NCBI GenBank assembly: GCA_965112735.1
Contig: OZ218962.1
Coordinates: forward strand, 1,426,001-1,490,000
Length of the DNA stretch: 64,000 nucleotides
Direction: 5' to 3'
Source of the DNA: Phaeosaccion multiseriatum
Lineage: Eukaryota; Protista; Ochrophyta, other classes
This document shows positions 13,101 through 23,910 of this stretch, piece by piece; position 1 is the stretch's first letter, and each line of letters starts with the position of its first letter. The notes below the pieces were generated by a model, which was given only the letters and a program-made list of their open reading frames with translations, was not told where the DNA came from and did no database searches. The position numbers and the translations under genes were made by a program.

Positions 13101-13917
13101 GTGTGTGTATGTATGTGTGACAGGGGACATTCGCGAGGACGGGGAGCGGCTCTGCACAGGCAAGCTCGACGAGTACCTCTCCCCCGGGGATGTGCAGTCC
13201 TGCTTGCTCCGGGCGGCCAACACAGCCGGCAAGCACGGCAGAGCAGACAAGTGCATTGCCCTGTACGAGCTCGGGGAGGATTTCGAGGCTGTGTTGCGCT
13301 GCTTCAACGAGCAGCTGGGTCTCGTGCTCGTGCCCGCTCCTCCCATGGCCTTGCTTACGCCAGGGGTGGCCCCTGCGGCGGAGGAGCGCAAGCATTGGAT
13401 GGACTTGGCAAAGGCCTTCTTCCATCGGTACCTCGAGTCCTCGGGCGGGCAGGCCTCTTCCTACGTGGTGCGGCGGCTGAGGGACCAGCACGCCGGCACC
13501 ACCTTCCAAATCCTGCTCAACCTGGCGTGGTTCTTTGACATGGTGTTGGCGGAGCAGTGGGAGCGTGCGATCAAGGTGTTGGACGGGTTGGACCTGCTGC
13601 CTTTGGACGATGCTTCATGCACGGCCCAAAAGGTGGCGTTTGCACAGCTTGATGGCAGCGTCAAAGACAACTTCCACCACGTCATTTTCCACGCCATGGA
13701 GTGCCTGTGCCACTTGCACACCAAGGTCAAGAGGGAATGGGCCGCCACGGTGCGGGGCTCGCACATCCGACCGGAGCAGCAGGAGGGCTCCGAGCACGAG
13801 TTGATGGGCCTGAGGAATCGAGCCTCCGCCCTCGTCACCTTCACGGGGCTGCTCAGGCACTACTTGCCGGCCGACATTATGGCCAGGGTAGGCGAGCTCG
13901 AGGTAAACATGATGTGA
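10109..13917 (+). CDS. NUP93: Nucleoporin Nup93/Nic96, multi-exon; start codon uncertain (10109/10175/10187)
   Basis: WDALLEQSKDL, KARGLLA, EPLGDTDIYRYLEHHHE...WEDWRKAKERL, PLWPQVYWCLRCG, DPYRQMV, KIEGYMWFLL, FDMVLAEQWERAIKVLDGLDLLP, LRNRASALVTFTGLL...VGELEVNMM. Confidence 0.92.
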
Positions 13918-14179
13918 TATGAGTGAGGACTCGCAAGTCACTGAGCGAGCGTTGGGCACCCGTTCTGGGCTGCGTCACGAAGGTTCTCTCTCTCTCCCTC
14001 TCTCTCTGAGGGTACTGGTGGTGGGTGACGCCGCTAGAGCACGAGGAAAGCGGTAGACGCATCCATCTGGCTCTGTGCTGGGCAACCCGCAGTACTCCAG
14101 TTGTTCCAAACATAGTATAATATACACCAAAAGGAGAAAGAAGCAAGAACGAGAAGGGGGGGGGGGGCTTCAATTTCAA

Positions 14180-14246
14180 CCCCTAACGTGCTATCTGCTA
14201 TCTGCTATCGCCGGCGCCAGCCGGCATGTCGATAGCACGTCAGGGG
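14180..14246. mobile_element. Short MITE-like inverted-repeat element (CCCCTGA family)
   Basis: Left CCCCTAACGTGCTATC vs right GATAGCACGTCAGGGG (15/16 inverted match); internal GCTATC and GCCGGCGCCAGCCG shared with other copies. Confidence 0.65.
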
Positions 14247-14413
14247 TATTGGGGGAAAGAGGAAAGAATAAGATATCGAAAGATACTTTACCCATATGCT
14301 TTTTGGCGCAAATTTGATATCCAAATTTGTCACGTTCCCCAAAAATCCCCCTTACTTTTTTGCCCACTGCCACTGCCCGTGCTTGATACAAATTAAGTAG
14401 CAGCTTGCTCACC

Positions 14414-16110
14414 ATGAAGGCCGGCCTCTTCCTCTTTGGAGCTTTGTCCCTCTTCGCAACGTGTGCGGCTGAAGACATTACTGGGGATGCGAATAACAAC
14501 GAGCTGACTGGAGGAGACGAGGACGATGTGATTAGGGGGGAGGGGGGAGAGGACATGTGAGTTGGTGAGGAGGAGCGTGAGCTCTGCTTCTGCTGCTTGC
14601 TGCTGGTCCTGCTCCGCACACTCACTCGGCTCTCTGCTTGGCTTTCGCTTGCATCAGCATCTTAGGTGGAGGGGGGGATGACAGACTCTACGGTGGCGAC
14701 GGCTCAGACTTGTGAGTGGAAGAGGGTGGGTAGGTCGCCTTGATTTGAAGCCGCTAACACGCTATAATGTATTTATTCCAGCGTCTCTGGAGGAGAGGGA
14801 TCAGACTACATCAATGTGTCAGGCTCGGGCGTCAACGAACTGCTTGGCGGCGAAGGAAACGACGTTGTCGTGGGAGGAGAGGGACTGGATCGGTGAGAGA
14901 GAGAGAGAGGGGGGAAGACTCGCTACTCCTTCCGCGGCCCTTCCTCACTCCTATACTCTCCCTCAGAATTGATGGCGGGGAAGGCAACGACGAGCTGGAC
15001 GGAGGCGCAGGCAACAACGAGATCTTCGGGGACGTTGGGGATGACGTGCTGGAGGGAGGAACAGGAGACGGTCAGTGCAGAACAGCAGCTGCGAAACATC
15101 TCCCCATTCCTTGGCTAATTGTCTCTTCCTCCTTGTCTGACAACAGAGTATCTGCTGGGAGAGTACGGAGACGGTAAGCTGCTGAAAGGTGTGCCGAAAC
15201 TCTTACACATCTCGTCTCGCTGACCACCCGTTTGCTGCTTGCTTCTCCTTCCTCTCATGGCCCTCTGCAGACATTGTGAGGGGTGGCGACGGTGCAGGTA
15301 CGACGCTTTTGTATTTGTCCCTTGCCACCACTCGGGTACGCTCTTTCTAACTTCATTCCCCCACCCCCCTCTCTCTCTCTCCCCCTCTCCCCCTCTCCCT
15401 CTCTGTGTGTGTATGCGTGTGTGTGCTCGCTTCGTGGTGCCAGACATGATAACGGGCAGTGACGGAAACGACAGGCTGTACGGTCAAGGAGGGGCCGATT
15501 CCATGTACGGAGGAGACGGATCGGTACGTGTGTGCGTTTGCTCGCCCCCTCCCCCTTCTCTATTCTCATGTCCCGTGTCCGTCCCTCTCACCCTCAGGAT
15601 CTACTCGTGGGTGGGGAAGGGGAAGACTACTTGTACGGCAGCGGTGGAGACGGTAAGAGAGGGGAGAAAGGCGTTGCTGTTGAGTAGGGCCTCAGACAAA
15701 GAAATAGCCCTGAGTTCAGAGAGGGAGGAGTCAAGGCAGTGTTGAGTGTGGCCCCAGACAAGGTAATAGCACTGAGTTTCACGCGCCTTCTCTTGCTTCT
15801 AGATACCCTCCGCGGGGGAGAGGGTAAGGACAAGCTCAGCGGCGGGGAGGGCGCAGACCGCTTCGTCCTCGGTGCCTACGGGGCATCATCAGAGGTTAGC
15901 AAGGCAGGAGTGATTATCTCGTTGGAGGTACGGTTGTGTGAAGCTCCACTCTAATGGCACTGCGCCGTTGTCCTTCCTCCCTTCCCCTTCCGACAGACGG
16001 ACACCATTCTGGACTTTGACGCTGACTCTGGGGACGTGCTCTGCCTGCCCGAGGACAACACCTTCGAAGACCTCGACTTCATGCAGGTGAGCAAACACAA
16101 CAACGAAAAG

Positions 16111-16169
<59 letters not shown>

Positions 16170-16591
16170 GACTTTGCTGTGGAATCGATCAAGCTTGACC
16201 CAGCCTAAAGGATGGTGTGACAATACACCTAACCCACGATCTCTCCCTCTCCTGCTGCCTGCAGGCTTCGAATGACACACAGGTGATGGACAAGGACGGC
16301 AACACGGTGGCTCTACTGCTCGGAGTCGACATGGAGGTCTTGACCGAGTCGGTCTTCGCGGACTGTAGCGACATCCCCGATGGCGTGGAAGAAGATGAGG
16401 AAGGCGAGGATGAAGTAGACGAGGCAGTGGACCCAACAACCTCGTCAAAGAGCAGCAACAAGGGCCTCAGCGACGGCGAAACAGCGGGCGTCGTCGTGGG
16501 AGTAGGGGCCGGCGTGCTGTTGATTGGAGGAATCGTGTATGCCGCTACTAAGAAGACTACTCCAAGCGGCGGCAATGCAAACGTCGTCTAA
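14414..16591 (+). CDS. Type I membrane protein with about 22 RTX (hemolysin-type Ca2+-binding) nonapeptides; 11 exons: 14414-14556, 14658-14711, 14782-14892, 14967-15070, 15147-15173, 15271-15297, 15444-15523, 15598-15652, 15803-15894, 15997-16086, 16265-16591
   Basis: Signal peptide MKAGLFLFGALSLFATCAA; spliced repeats such as DRLYGGDGS, DELDGGAGN, DTLRGGEGK, DKLSGGEGADRFVL; C-terminal TM helix AGVVVGVGAGVLLIGGIVYAA followed by KK. Confidence 0.88.
16113..16167. repeat. Intronic (CA)n microsatellite
   Basis: CA run. Confidence 0.9.
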
Positions 16592-17580
16592 GTCGGGACA
16601 CGAGGATCAAGGGGGACAAGTAGTGTCCTAGGGGCTTACCCCCCCCGGCACCGCCCAATTTTGGGGAATGGCCAGCAAAAAAGAAAGGTGTTGGTACAGG
16701 AGCCCAATAGAGAGTAGTCTAGTCATAATAATACAATAATGAGAAATAGGGATGAGAGGTAAGAGCCCTTTGAAGAGAGTCGCGTTTCGATTGAGTTTCT
16801 CTGGCTTCTGGCCTGGGTTAGGAGGAGCCTCTGTGGGGATTGCATGAGATTGCGGCGAGCCCTAAGGGGTTCGGCCCATTCCTTCCTCTTCGTACCCCCC
16901 TCCTCGCGCGCAGCAGCCCTGACCCTACGTGACGTGGTCCTCAGAGCTCGTCTGGGTCCATGCCCTTCTCAATGGTCTACACTCAGTGTCTGCAGGCTAA
17001 ACCTCTGAGGAGGCGACGGCTGGTATTGAAGCGCTCGTGAAGGCCAAAGCGCCGGAAAGGGAGAGAGGGGGGGGGGGGCGCTGGAGGACGTGTGAAGAAA
17101 GTCCTCCCCCGGTTCATCAAGAATGAAGGAGGTTGTGCCTCGCCTTCACATTCTTGGCCACAGAAAGTCGCACCCCTCCTCGGGGAATGGGGGTTTGCAT
17201 TATCACTTTGAGAAGAGCTCGGAGACCGTCGTCCCGCTCCTTCCGCTTCGTGCGTGCCCTCCTCAGTGCTGGCAGGTGGAAAATCTGATGGGGCCACGGC
17301 TGGGGGTTTCCAGGCTTGGCTTGAAGCGCGCTCCGTGCAGGCCAATACCGGGCAGGGGTGGGAGGTCCTCCTCCGCTCCCCTTGCTCGCAATAATCATTG
17401 AGGAAGTGAACTCCCCAAGCGGGCAACTGCCCGCCCAATGGAAGTGCAGTAGCTCAGTCCCGCGGAGTAGTAGGAGCACTAACATGGGTGATAGGGTGCC
17501 AACGCAGCTTTGTCAACAGCAACCCCCAACGCACATTTGCTGAGTGCCCCCCTCCTCGTCTTGTTGGGTGTTCAGCTTTC

Positions 17581-18630
17581 TTACCACAGCCATGCTCTCG
17601 AGGCCGGCACGGCTTTGACGGATGACACTGTGAGAGGATACTGGCCCAGTTCCTTTGCAAAGTAGCTGATGCAGTTCCCGCGCTCTTCGAAATGCCCGCT
17701 TTTGGCACTGATCCCTCCCCCCCCCGAGTCCTTAATCGAGCCCTTGACCCAGACGGTCGATGCAGCGAGGGTATTCATGGCCACGACAAAGCTCATGGCA
17801 ATGTCTTCGCAATTCCGCCGATCGTCAATGTACTTGAGAACGTGCTGCGGCAGCGCCTCAAAGTACCGATCCAAGTGGTCCTTGTGCAAGAAACAGGCCT
17901 TGGTCAAGATAATGCTGTACGCCCCATTCCACCATGTGTACCACCACGAGCGGTACGAGTATCGCTGCGGTCCACCTTCTTTCGGGGGCCCTCTCTGCTG
18001 CGTCACGAGCCGAGGGACAAAGCCGACAGCTGCACGCGGTGCTGCTCTCCAGACGCTGAAGGCGAAGGACAGATCTTGGCACGATATGATCATGTCATCA
18101 TCCACGCTGAACACAGCCGCAGTACGTAGCGGCTGCTTGACAAGAAAGCGATTATTCAGACTGTCCGCCTCGTGCTTCTCAAACGTGACCTTCGTCCTGG
18201 CCCGCTCTTCAAATAGAGTCAGGGGCGGAGGATCAAAGTCTTGATCGCTCCAAACAACCTGGATCTCCTCCACTTCCTCGCACCCCGCCAGATGCTCCAC
18301 GCTCTTCTTCAGCAAGTCATTTCTGCGGAACGTGTTCATTCGAACGGTATACCTTTCGTATTCCACATCCAATGGAGCACTGGGGGATGCCACCCACACC
18401 ACAGCAGAGGTTTCTCCATGGGACACGGAGAACCCCACGTTCAAGCCGAGATACATGACTGACAAGGCCACAGCCAACGCCGCCATCACCACCAAGCACA
18501 CACCGCGCCGGGTCCTCCATGATTGCTGATGCTCTTTAAAGAAACGGGTGCTGTGGTTCTCCTTGCTACACCCACAAGCACCCTCCTCATCCCGCGAGAG
18601 TGCCCGCTTGTACGACCGGCTTCCCAGCAT
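17581..18630 (-). CDS. Glycosyltransferase family 64 (EXTL2/EPC1-like), intronless, type II membrane protein
   Basis: N-terminal TM helix; YTVRMNTFRRNDLLKKSVEH, DSLNNRF, AVFSVDDD, VGFVPR, YSIILTKACFLH, RNCEDIAMSF, R-x-x-C; the alternative upstream ATG is at 18714. Confidence 0.92.
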   Translation of the reverse strand: MLGSRSYKRALSRDEEGACGCSKENHSTRFFKEHQQSWRTRRGVCLVVMAALAVALSVMYLGLNVGFSVSHGETSAVVWVASPSAPLDVEYERYTVRMNTFRRNDLLKKSVEHLAGCEEVEEIQVVWSDQDFDPPPLTLFEERARTKVTFEKHEADSLNNRFLVKQPLRTAAVFSVDDDMIISCQDLSFAFSVWRAAPRAAVGFVPRLVTQQRGPPKEGGPQRYSYRSWWYTWWNGAYSIILTKACFLHKDHLDRYFEALPQHVLKYIDDRRNCEDIAMSFVVAMNTLAASTVWVKGSIKDSGGGGISAKSGHFEERGNCISYFAKELGQYPLTVSSVKAVPASRAWLW

Positions 18631-18793
18631 GACGAGGGCAAGAACGAGGGCAAGAACGGGACGGAAGGGTGATGAACTTGGAAGGGTGTGGGACTTCGAA
18701 TTCAGCGTCGCCATCTGTAGACCGCGGTTTCGAACATCTTTGGGCCCATCCTTGGTAATAAAAGTGCTTTCGAGCCGAGCGACAAGAAACAAA

Positions 18794-21700
18794 ATGGAGG
18801 AAGCAATCTCCGTGCACCAGCAGCTACTGCAACAGCGCCGACTGTTACAGCAGAGAAATCAGCAACACTATCAACAGCAACTTCTGCTGCAGCGACATTT
18901 GCATGCGGCGGAGGGTCCGCTGGTCCCTTATCCCGCTGGCGCCTTGCCGTTCTCCCAGTCTCCTCTTGGACTGCTAAATCCATATGGAGGACAGCCAGCT
19001 GCTGCTGCCCCCCCTTTCAATCCATATGGAGGACAGCCAGCTGCTGCTGCCCCCCCTTTCTTCTTGGGTTTGAACCAATCGCCTCTCCAGTATCAGTCAC
19101 AGCTGCCGCCTTACCAGCCACAGCCACAGCTGCCTCCTTTTGTTCATGGGGGCTCCTCCTTTGCGGGGGCGCCGCGCCAAGAGCCTACGGAGGACGACGA
19201 TGCTGTAGCCAATCAGCAGCTGCATGCTTCTCAGCTCCGCAACGCTCTTTACCATGAGCATGTGAACAAGCTCCGCATGCTGCGTGCACAGCAGAACGGC
19301 GTCATGTTGAGGAAGCAGCTGAGCAGCGTGAAGGAGAAGGCGCAACAGCACTGGCAGGAGCAACAGCAGCAGCAGCAGCAGAAGCAGCAGCAGCAAGAGG
19401 AAGGCGCCATAGGAGGGGAATCCAGCTCAAATCAAGCACTAACTGAACAGGACGTTTTGGGTAGGCGTGACCCAGTACTGTCGCTGCTGTTGGGAAAGTT
19501 GGACGACATCCAAAGTCAGTTGGGCTCTGGGGAGCCACCTCCCAATCGCGCTGGAGACACGAGTGTAAAGCGAGGTCAGCAGCAACTGAGAAATGTGGCG
19601 AAGCTCGCCTCTACTATTAGCAAGGCAACAGCAGGCGCGGGTGGGGAAGAGCCAGATACCGCTGAGGAGGAGCAACACGCTGCAGGCAAGATGGAGCCTC
19701 ATGCGCCGGGGAAGGCGGAGTCAGCGCAGCCGGAGACACCGAGATTTTCTCTGGACAGCGCAGTGCAGAGCGCTATGCCACTTACAGCGGAAATGACGGA
19801 AAGTGCACCGATTGAAGATCAGATTCTCGGCTTGGGGGAGGAGATTTCGGGCTACATGAAAGGTATAAAAGAAGACGACGACGACGACGACGAGGGCGAG
19901 GAGCACAGAGAGAATGAGGGCGCGGCCGGCATCGATGATGCAAGTCAGGACAAGGAGTCCAAGAAAATTCGCAGTGAGAAGAGAGCGGCGCTCCGAAACC
20001 GTCTCATGACGCACGGGGTCAAAAGTTACCGGAAACCTCGCTGGCGTCTACAGGAGGAGGGAATTTTTTATCCTGCGGAGGACAAGCTTCTGCGCGGAAA
20101 GGCTTACCTGAAGGCTGCTGTGCTTGCTGTCATTGCTGTATGGACCCGCCCAAAGTTAGCAATGGAGCGTCGAAAAGAGCGAGGCCTTGCCAAAGACAAA
20201 GAAGATTTCAATTCGACCATCGGCATCTACTTGGACAGGTAAGTACGGGTGGGAGTTGCTCTCTTTTCGGGCTCTCTGTATTGAAATTGTATTGTCACCG
20301 CGTACGACTGAATGTCCTCTCCCTACAGGAGTCGCCGATGGATACAGCGCGCAGTGAAGGTCCCCATCTCCCACCTCCTGAACGACAACAACATTGACCT
20401 GCGCGTGGGGAGAGAGCAAGCGGAGGTCACTGCTGTTGGAAAGATTGCTCTCTTAGGACACGTTCAAAAACGTATGGACCGGCAATATGCGGAGACGCGC
20501 ATGTTACGACTGAAGGTAAGTGTCTGCTCCTCCTCCTCTTGCTGCTCCTCTTTGCCTCTTGTGTCTGATTGTTGCATTCAATGCGCTCAAACCTCAGGTA
20601 CACACCCGCGCTGTTGTGCAAGGCTTGACCAAGGAGCAGTTGCCGGATGACATTTCAAAGTTTCTCGTCTTTCTGGTGGCGGACGGAAATCACTTTCCCG
20701 AGGGATTTCTCTTCCCATCGGAAGTCAAAAAAATGGAGTTTGACAGATTTGGTTGCACACGATGGATGATTGACGTCATACCCGAGCCAGTCGAAGATGC
20801 TAAGTCTGTTGTGGAAGCCCATACCATCTACGACGTTTTGAAGGACGAGCAAGAACGATTGAGGAAACAGCGACGCAGTCTACTGACAGGGCTGGGAGAC
20901 AAGGAGTGGCTGTCGAGTAAGCAGGAAAAGCTACGTCCCATCTATCGCAGCGAGCAGACGGACAAAATCTTCAATGCGGAGCGTGTCGAAATGCTCGTGT
21001 TGAACTTCTTCGTCACACGAATTCTCATTCCGGAGCTCCTTTATCCTTGGTTGGGGGGTCAGTCCAAGGGGAAAGGGGTTAGACAGGGAACCCTGGCCCA
21101 TAATGCGCAGGTGAGAGAGGAAGAGAATGTATTTGAAGAGGGTTACACAAGGGTAGCTCATGGCTTTCGAGAAGGGTGGTAGTACATGGGTGGGTGGGGT
21201 GGGGTGGGGTAGCACAGAAGCTTCGATATTGATCGCATTTAAGCTGAAATGAATACTGAAAAACTGGTAGGGTAGGTAGGGGTGGCAGTGGATGGGTGGA
21301 TAGCTGTACGTGAGCCGAATAGGACGAGTCGCCGGCCGGCGGAGGGGTGTCTACTCCACTGCGGTAGTATCCCTCCCGCACTCACCTCAGGAACCCGAAC
21401 CTTGTCTTTTCGAACACGCAGGTACTTGCAAGTGTGCTGTACCGACTCGTCCGGAGGCTGAGGCCAGATCTCTTGCCCATTAACGACGCTACCTTGGAGC
21501 GGGATGGGCAGCAGGACTCACTCAAGAAGAAGAAGCTGTCCTCCGTCGACACCCCCGCCAATCCAGCACGGAGAAGGAGGTCTATGGATGCAGCTGTGGC
21601 CGCTGCGAATTCCCTCTTCAACGGCATCAGAGGAGGTACCAACAAGCAGGAGGTTGTACGGTCTTTAGAAGAGGTTGTGCGCACGGAGAGATTCTTCGGC

Positions 21701-21871
21701 AATGCTCAGCTTATCCGAGGCCTGCTGCCGGACGCGTACTTTGAAGCGATTGACGCGACCAAGCTGGAGTGGTTGGAGCCGCTCGTGGTGGAGCTCGACA
21801 TTTGGCTGCAGAAAATAGTGCTCTCCATCATGAAGGACGTGGTGGCGGCAGCCAAGTTCACGCGAGGATAA
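18794..21871 (+). CDS. Uncharacterised protein with Q/P-rich N-terminus (exons ~18794-20238, 20329-20515, 20598-21110, 21422-21871)
   Basis: Long ORFs linked by in-frame GT-AG introns; no family recognised. Confidence 0.75.
18977..19060 (+). repeat. Perfect 42-nt tandem duplication (NPYGGQPAAAAPPF x2)
   Basis: aatccatatggaggacagccagctgctgctgccccccctttc twice in tandem. Confidence 0.9.
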
Positions 21872-22649
21872 TGGGGTACAGAGATTCCAGCTCCTTTATT
21901 GCGGAAGGGCCCAGCGTCGGTGGCATCCCACTGCTGCCTGTGGTTGGCAGAGGTTGAGAGCGAAACAACAAGTTTCAGCTCGCGGGGACGGCTTCATCGA
22001 CTGTATGGCTGGTTGAGGCCCTCTGCACGGTTGTTTTCTGCCTGTAGGTGGCTTTGCGAGAAGCCAGAGGAGTCGAGGAAAGGTGGGGCACCGGGGGTGG
22101 CCGAGGCTCCTAAGCTGAGGGCTCCTAGGCTGTCTAGGTCGAGCCCCCCCTCCGGTGTAGACCTAGGCCAATATGTGGGGACCCGAGACCGTCTAGTCTT
22201 TTGATCATAGTAGGCTAGGCCACTAGGCCTGCCCGGGGGCCGAGGAGGAGGGGCAGTAGGAGAGTGCTGATGTCTGAGGAGGAGGGGAGACTCGAGAGAG
22301 GCTTCGACAGATCATCTCTCGAATGAGTTGAGCTGTTGCTCAGACAAACACCTATCCACGAACGCTGAAGGGGTAGAAGGCAGGACTACATAATAGTCGT
22401 GAAGACCTCCACATCCAGTTCCCGTTCCAGTTCAGCCCGTCATCGCCCCGCCCGAGGAGACCACGGGTGGAGACGAATACTCTCCATGGCGGGGAGGACG
22501 AACGCTTGCAAGAAGCACGTTCCTTCGTCGTGCTGACGCCCTGATACCAGGCTTTGTATAGGAGCTAAAAATCTCATTCTTAACTCTGGAGGCGAAAGAG
22601 CTTAGCCTGAAGGCGAAAGGGCATCGTCTTCACTGCTTCTTGACGCTTT

Positions 22650-23701
22650 CTAGAACTGTCTGAACTGCTTCTTCACCGAGATGGAGGTGTTGACGCAAGG
22701 CTCGTGCTCCAGAACGTTGAAGCGGACCGTCTTGGAGAGGGGTCTGCACTGGCCGGTGGTCACAATGTCCCCCTCCTTCACATTCTGGAAGCAAGGAGAG
22801 CAGTGAACGGTCAAGTTCTTGTGCCTCTTCTCGTAACTGCATAGAGAAGAGTCCAGGGGGGGGCAGCAGCAGGGTTGACCGAGTCCAGAGAGGGTCCATC
22901 CATGGCGGGAAGGGAAGGGGGGAGGAGCACAGAGACAAGAGGTTGAGTGAGACATAGCATAGAGACTTACAAGAGCAATGAAGATGCATTAAACGCTCTA
23001 GACGGAAGCCTCACCGTCTGTACTTGGTAATGTAGTGAAGGTAATCCCTGCGCATGACGACGGTGTTGGTCATCTTCCCAGCCGAGATGACCAGGCCCTT
23101 GATGATACGCCCACGGATGGACACGTTCCCTGTGAAGGGGCACTTCTTGTCGACATAGTTTCCCTTGATGGCCAGAGTAGGGGTCTTGAAGCCAAGACCA
23201 ACGTTCTTGTAGAAACGCATGCCCTGTTTGTTTCAACGAGGTCCGATGCGCGCAAGGGCTCAAAGAGGTGAGCTTCTGGAGCCTTGCCGTACCCCCGCCC
23301 ATACTGCAACCATGCACAGCGCCCATGCACCAGGAAACAGTGCTCAAGTCTTCCCAAGCAAGCACGTAGGCACAAGGCTAAAGCGCGACGTAGAGAATCA
23401 AGTGGCGGACCCTTCTCCCTCTCTCTGCTCAACCACTTTTGCTCGAGCAAAAAGCATACTCCTCCGAAGCCACGGCTCCAACACAGCACTCCCCCCCCCC
23501 TCTCGTACCTTCTTCGCCTTCGACTTCTGGCCCAGAGCCCGCTTTGAGGCGATGAAGACGCCATCCTGCTTCTGGTACGCCTTCTCGTGCTGTTGGCATA
23601 AGAGACCACACGGGGGACATATCAGCACCAGTTGCGAACAGCTTCGACACCCCCCCACCCTGGCCACTGCTTACCTGCTCAGCCTCCTTGTAGGACGACA
23701 T
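22650..23701 (-). CDS. RPS11: 40S ribosomal protein S11 (uS17), 4 exons
   Basis: [83 protein letters not shown]. Confidence 0.98.
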
Positions 23702-23910
23702 GCTCGCTGCTGCTGGCTGCTGCTGCGCGCTGCGAAGGCCCTTTCTCCTCCCTTTTGAGCTTCACGCCACTCACCCCACCCATTTCCCGAGGGGGCTCTA
23801 GTAAGGCAGCAAACCCGTCCACTGCCATCCCGGTTACAGAAAATCGCTTGATTTTTCTATCTTCTTCCCTTTGATATGTACTGTCCTTGACGCTTGTTCT
23901 GAGGAGGACA

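Noticed and set aside
16983-17560. ORFs and GAAAGTC motifs suggesting RNase P/MRP RNA
   Set aside because: No matching CR-V/P4 partner and no protein motifs; probably UTR or intergenic sequence
22438-22625. Hairpin at ~22438-22500 and CTGAAGG..GAAA considered as SECIS or hammerhead ribozyme
   Set aside because: Core geometry does not fit, and the flanking genes have no in-frame UGA
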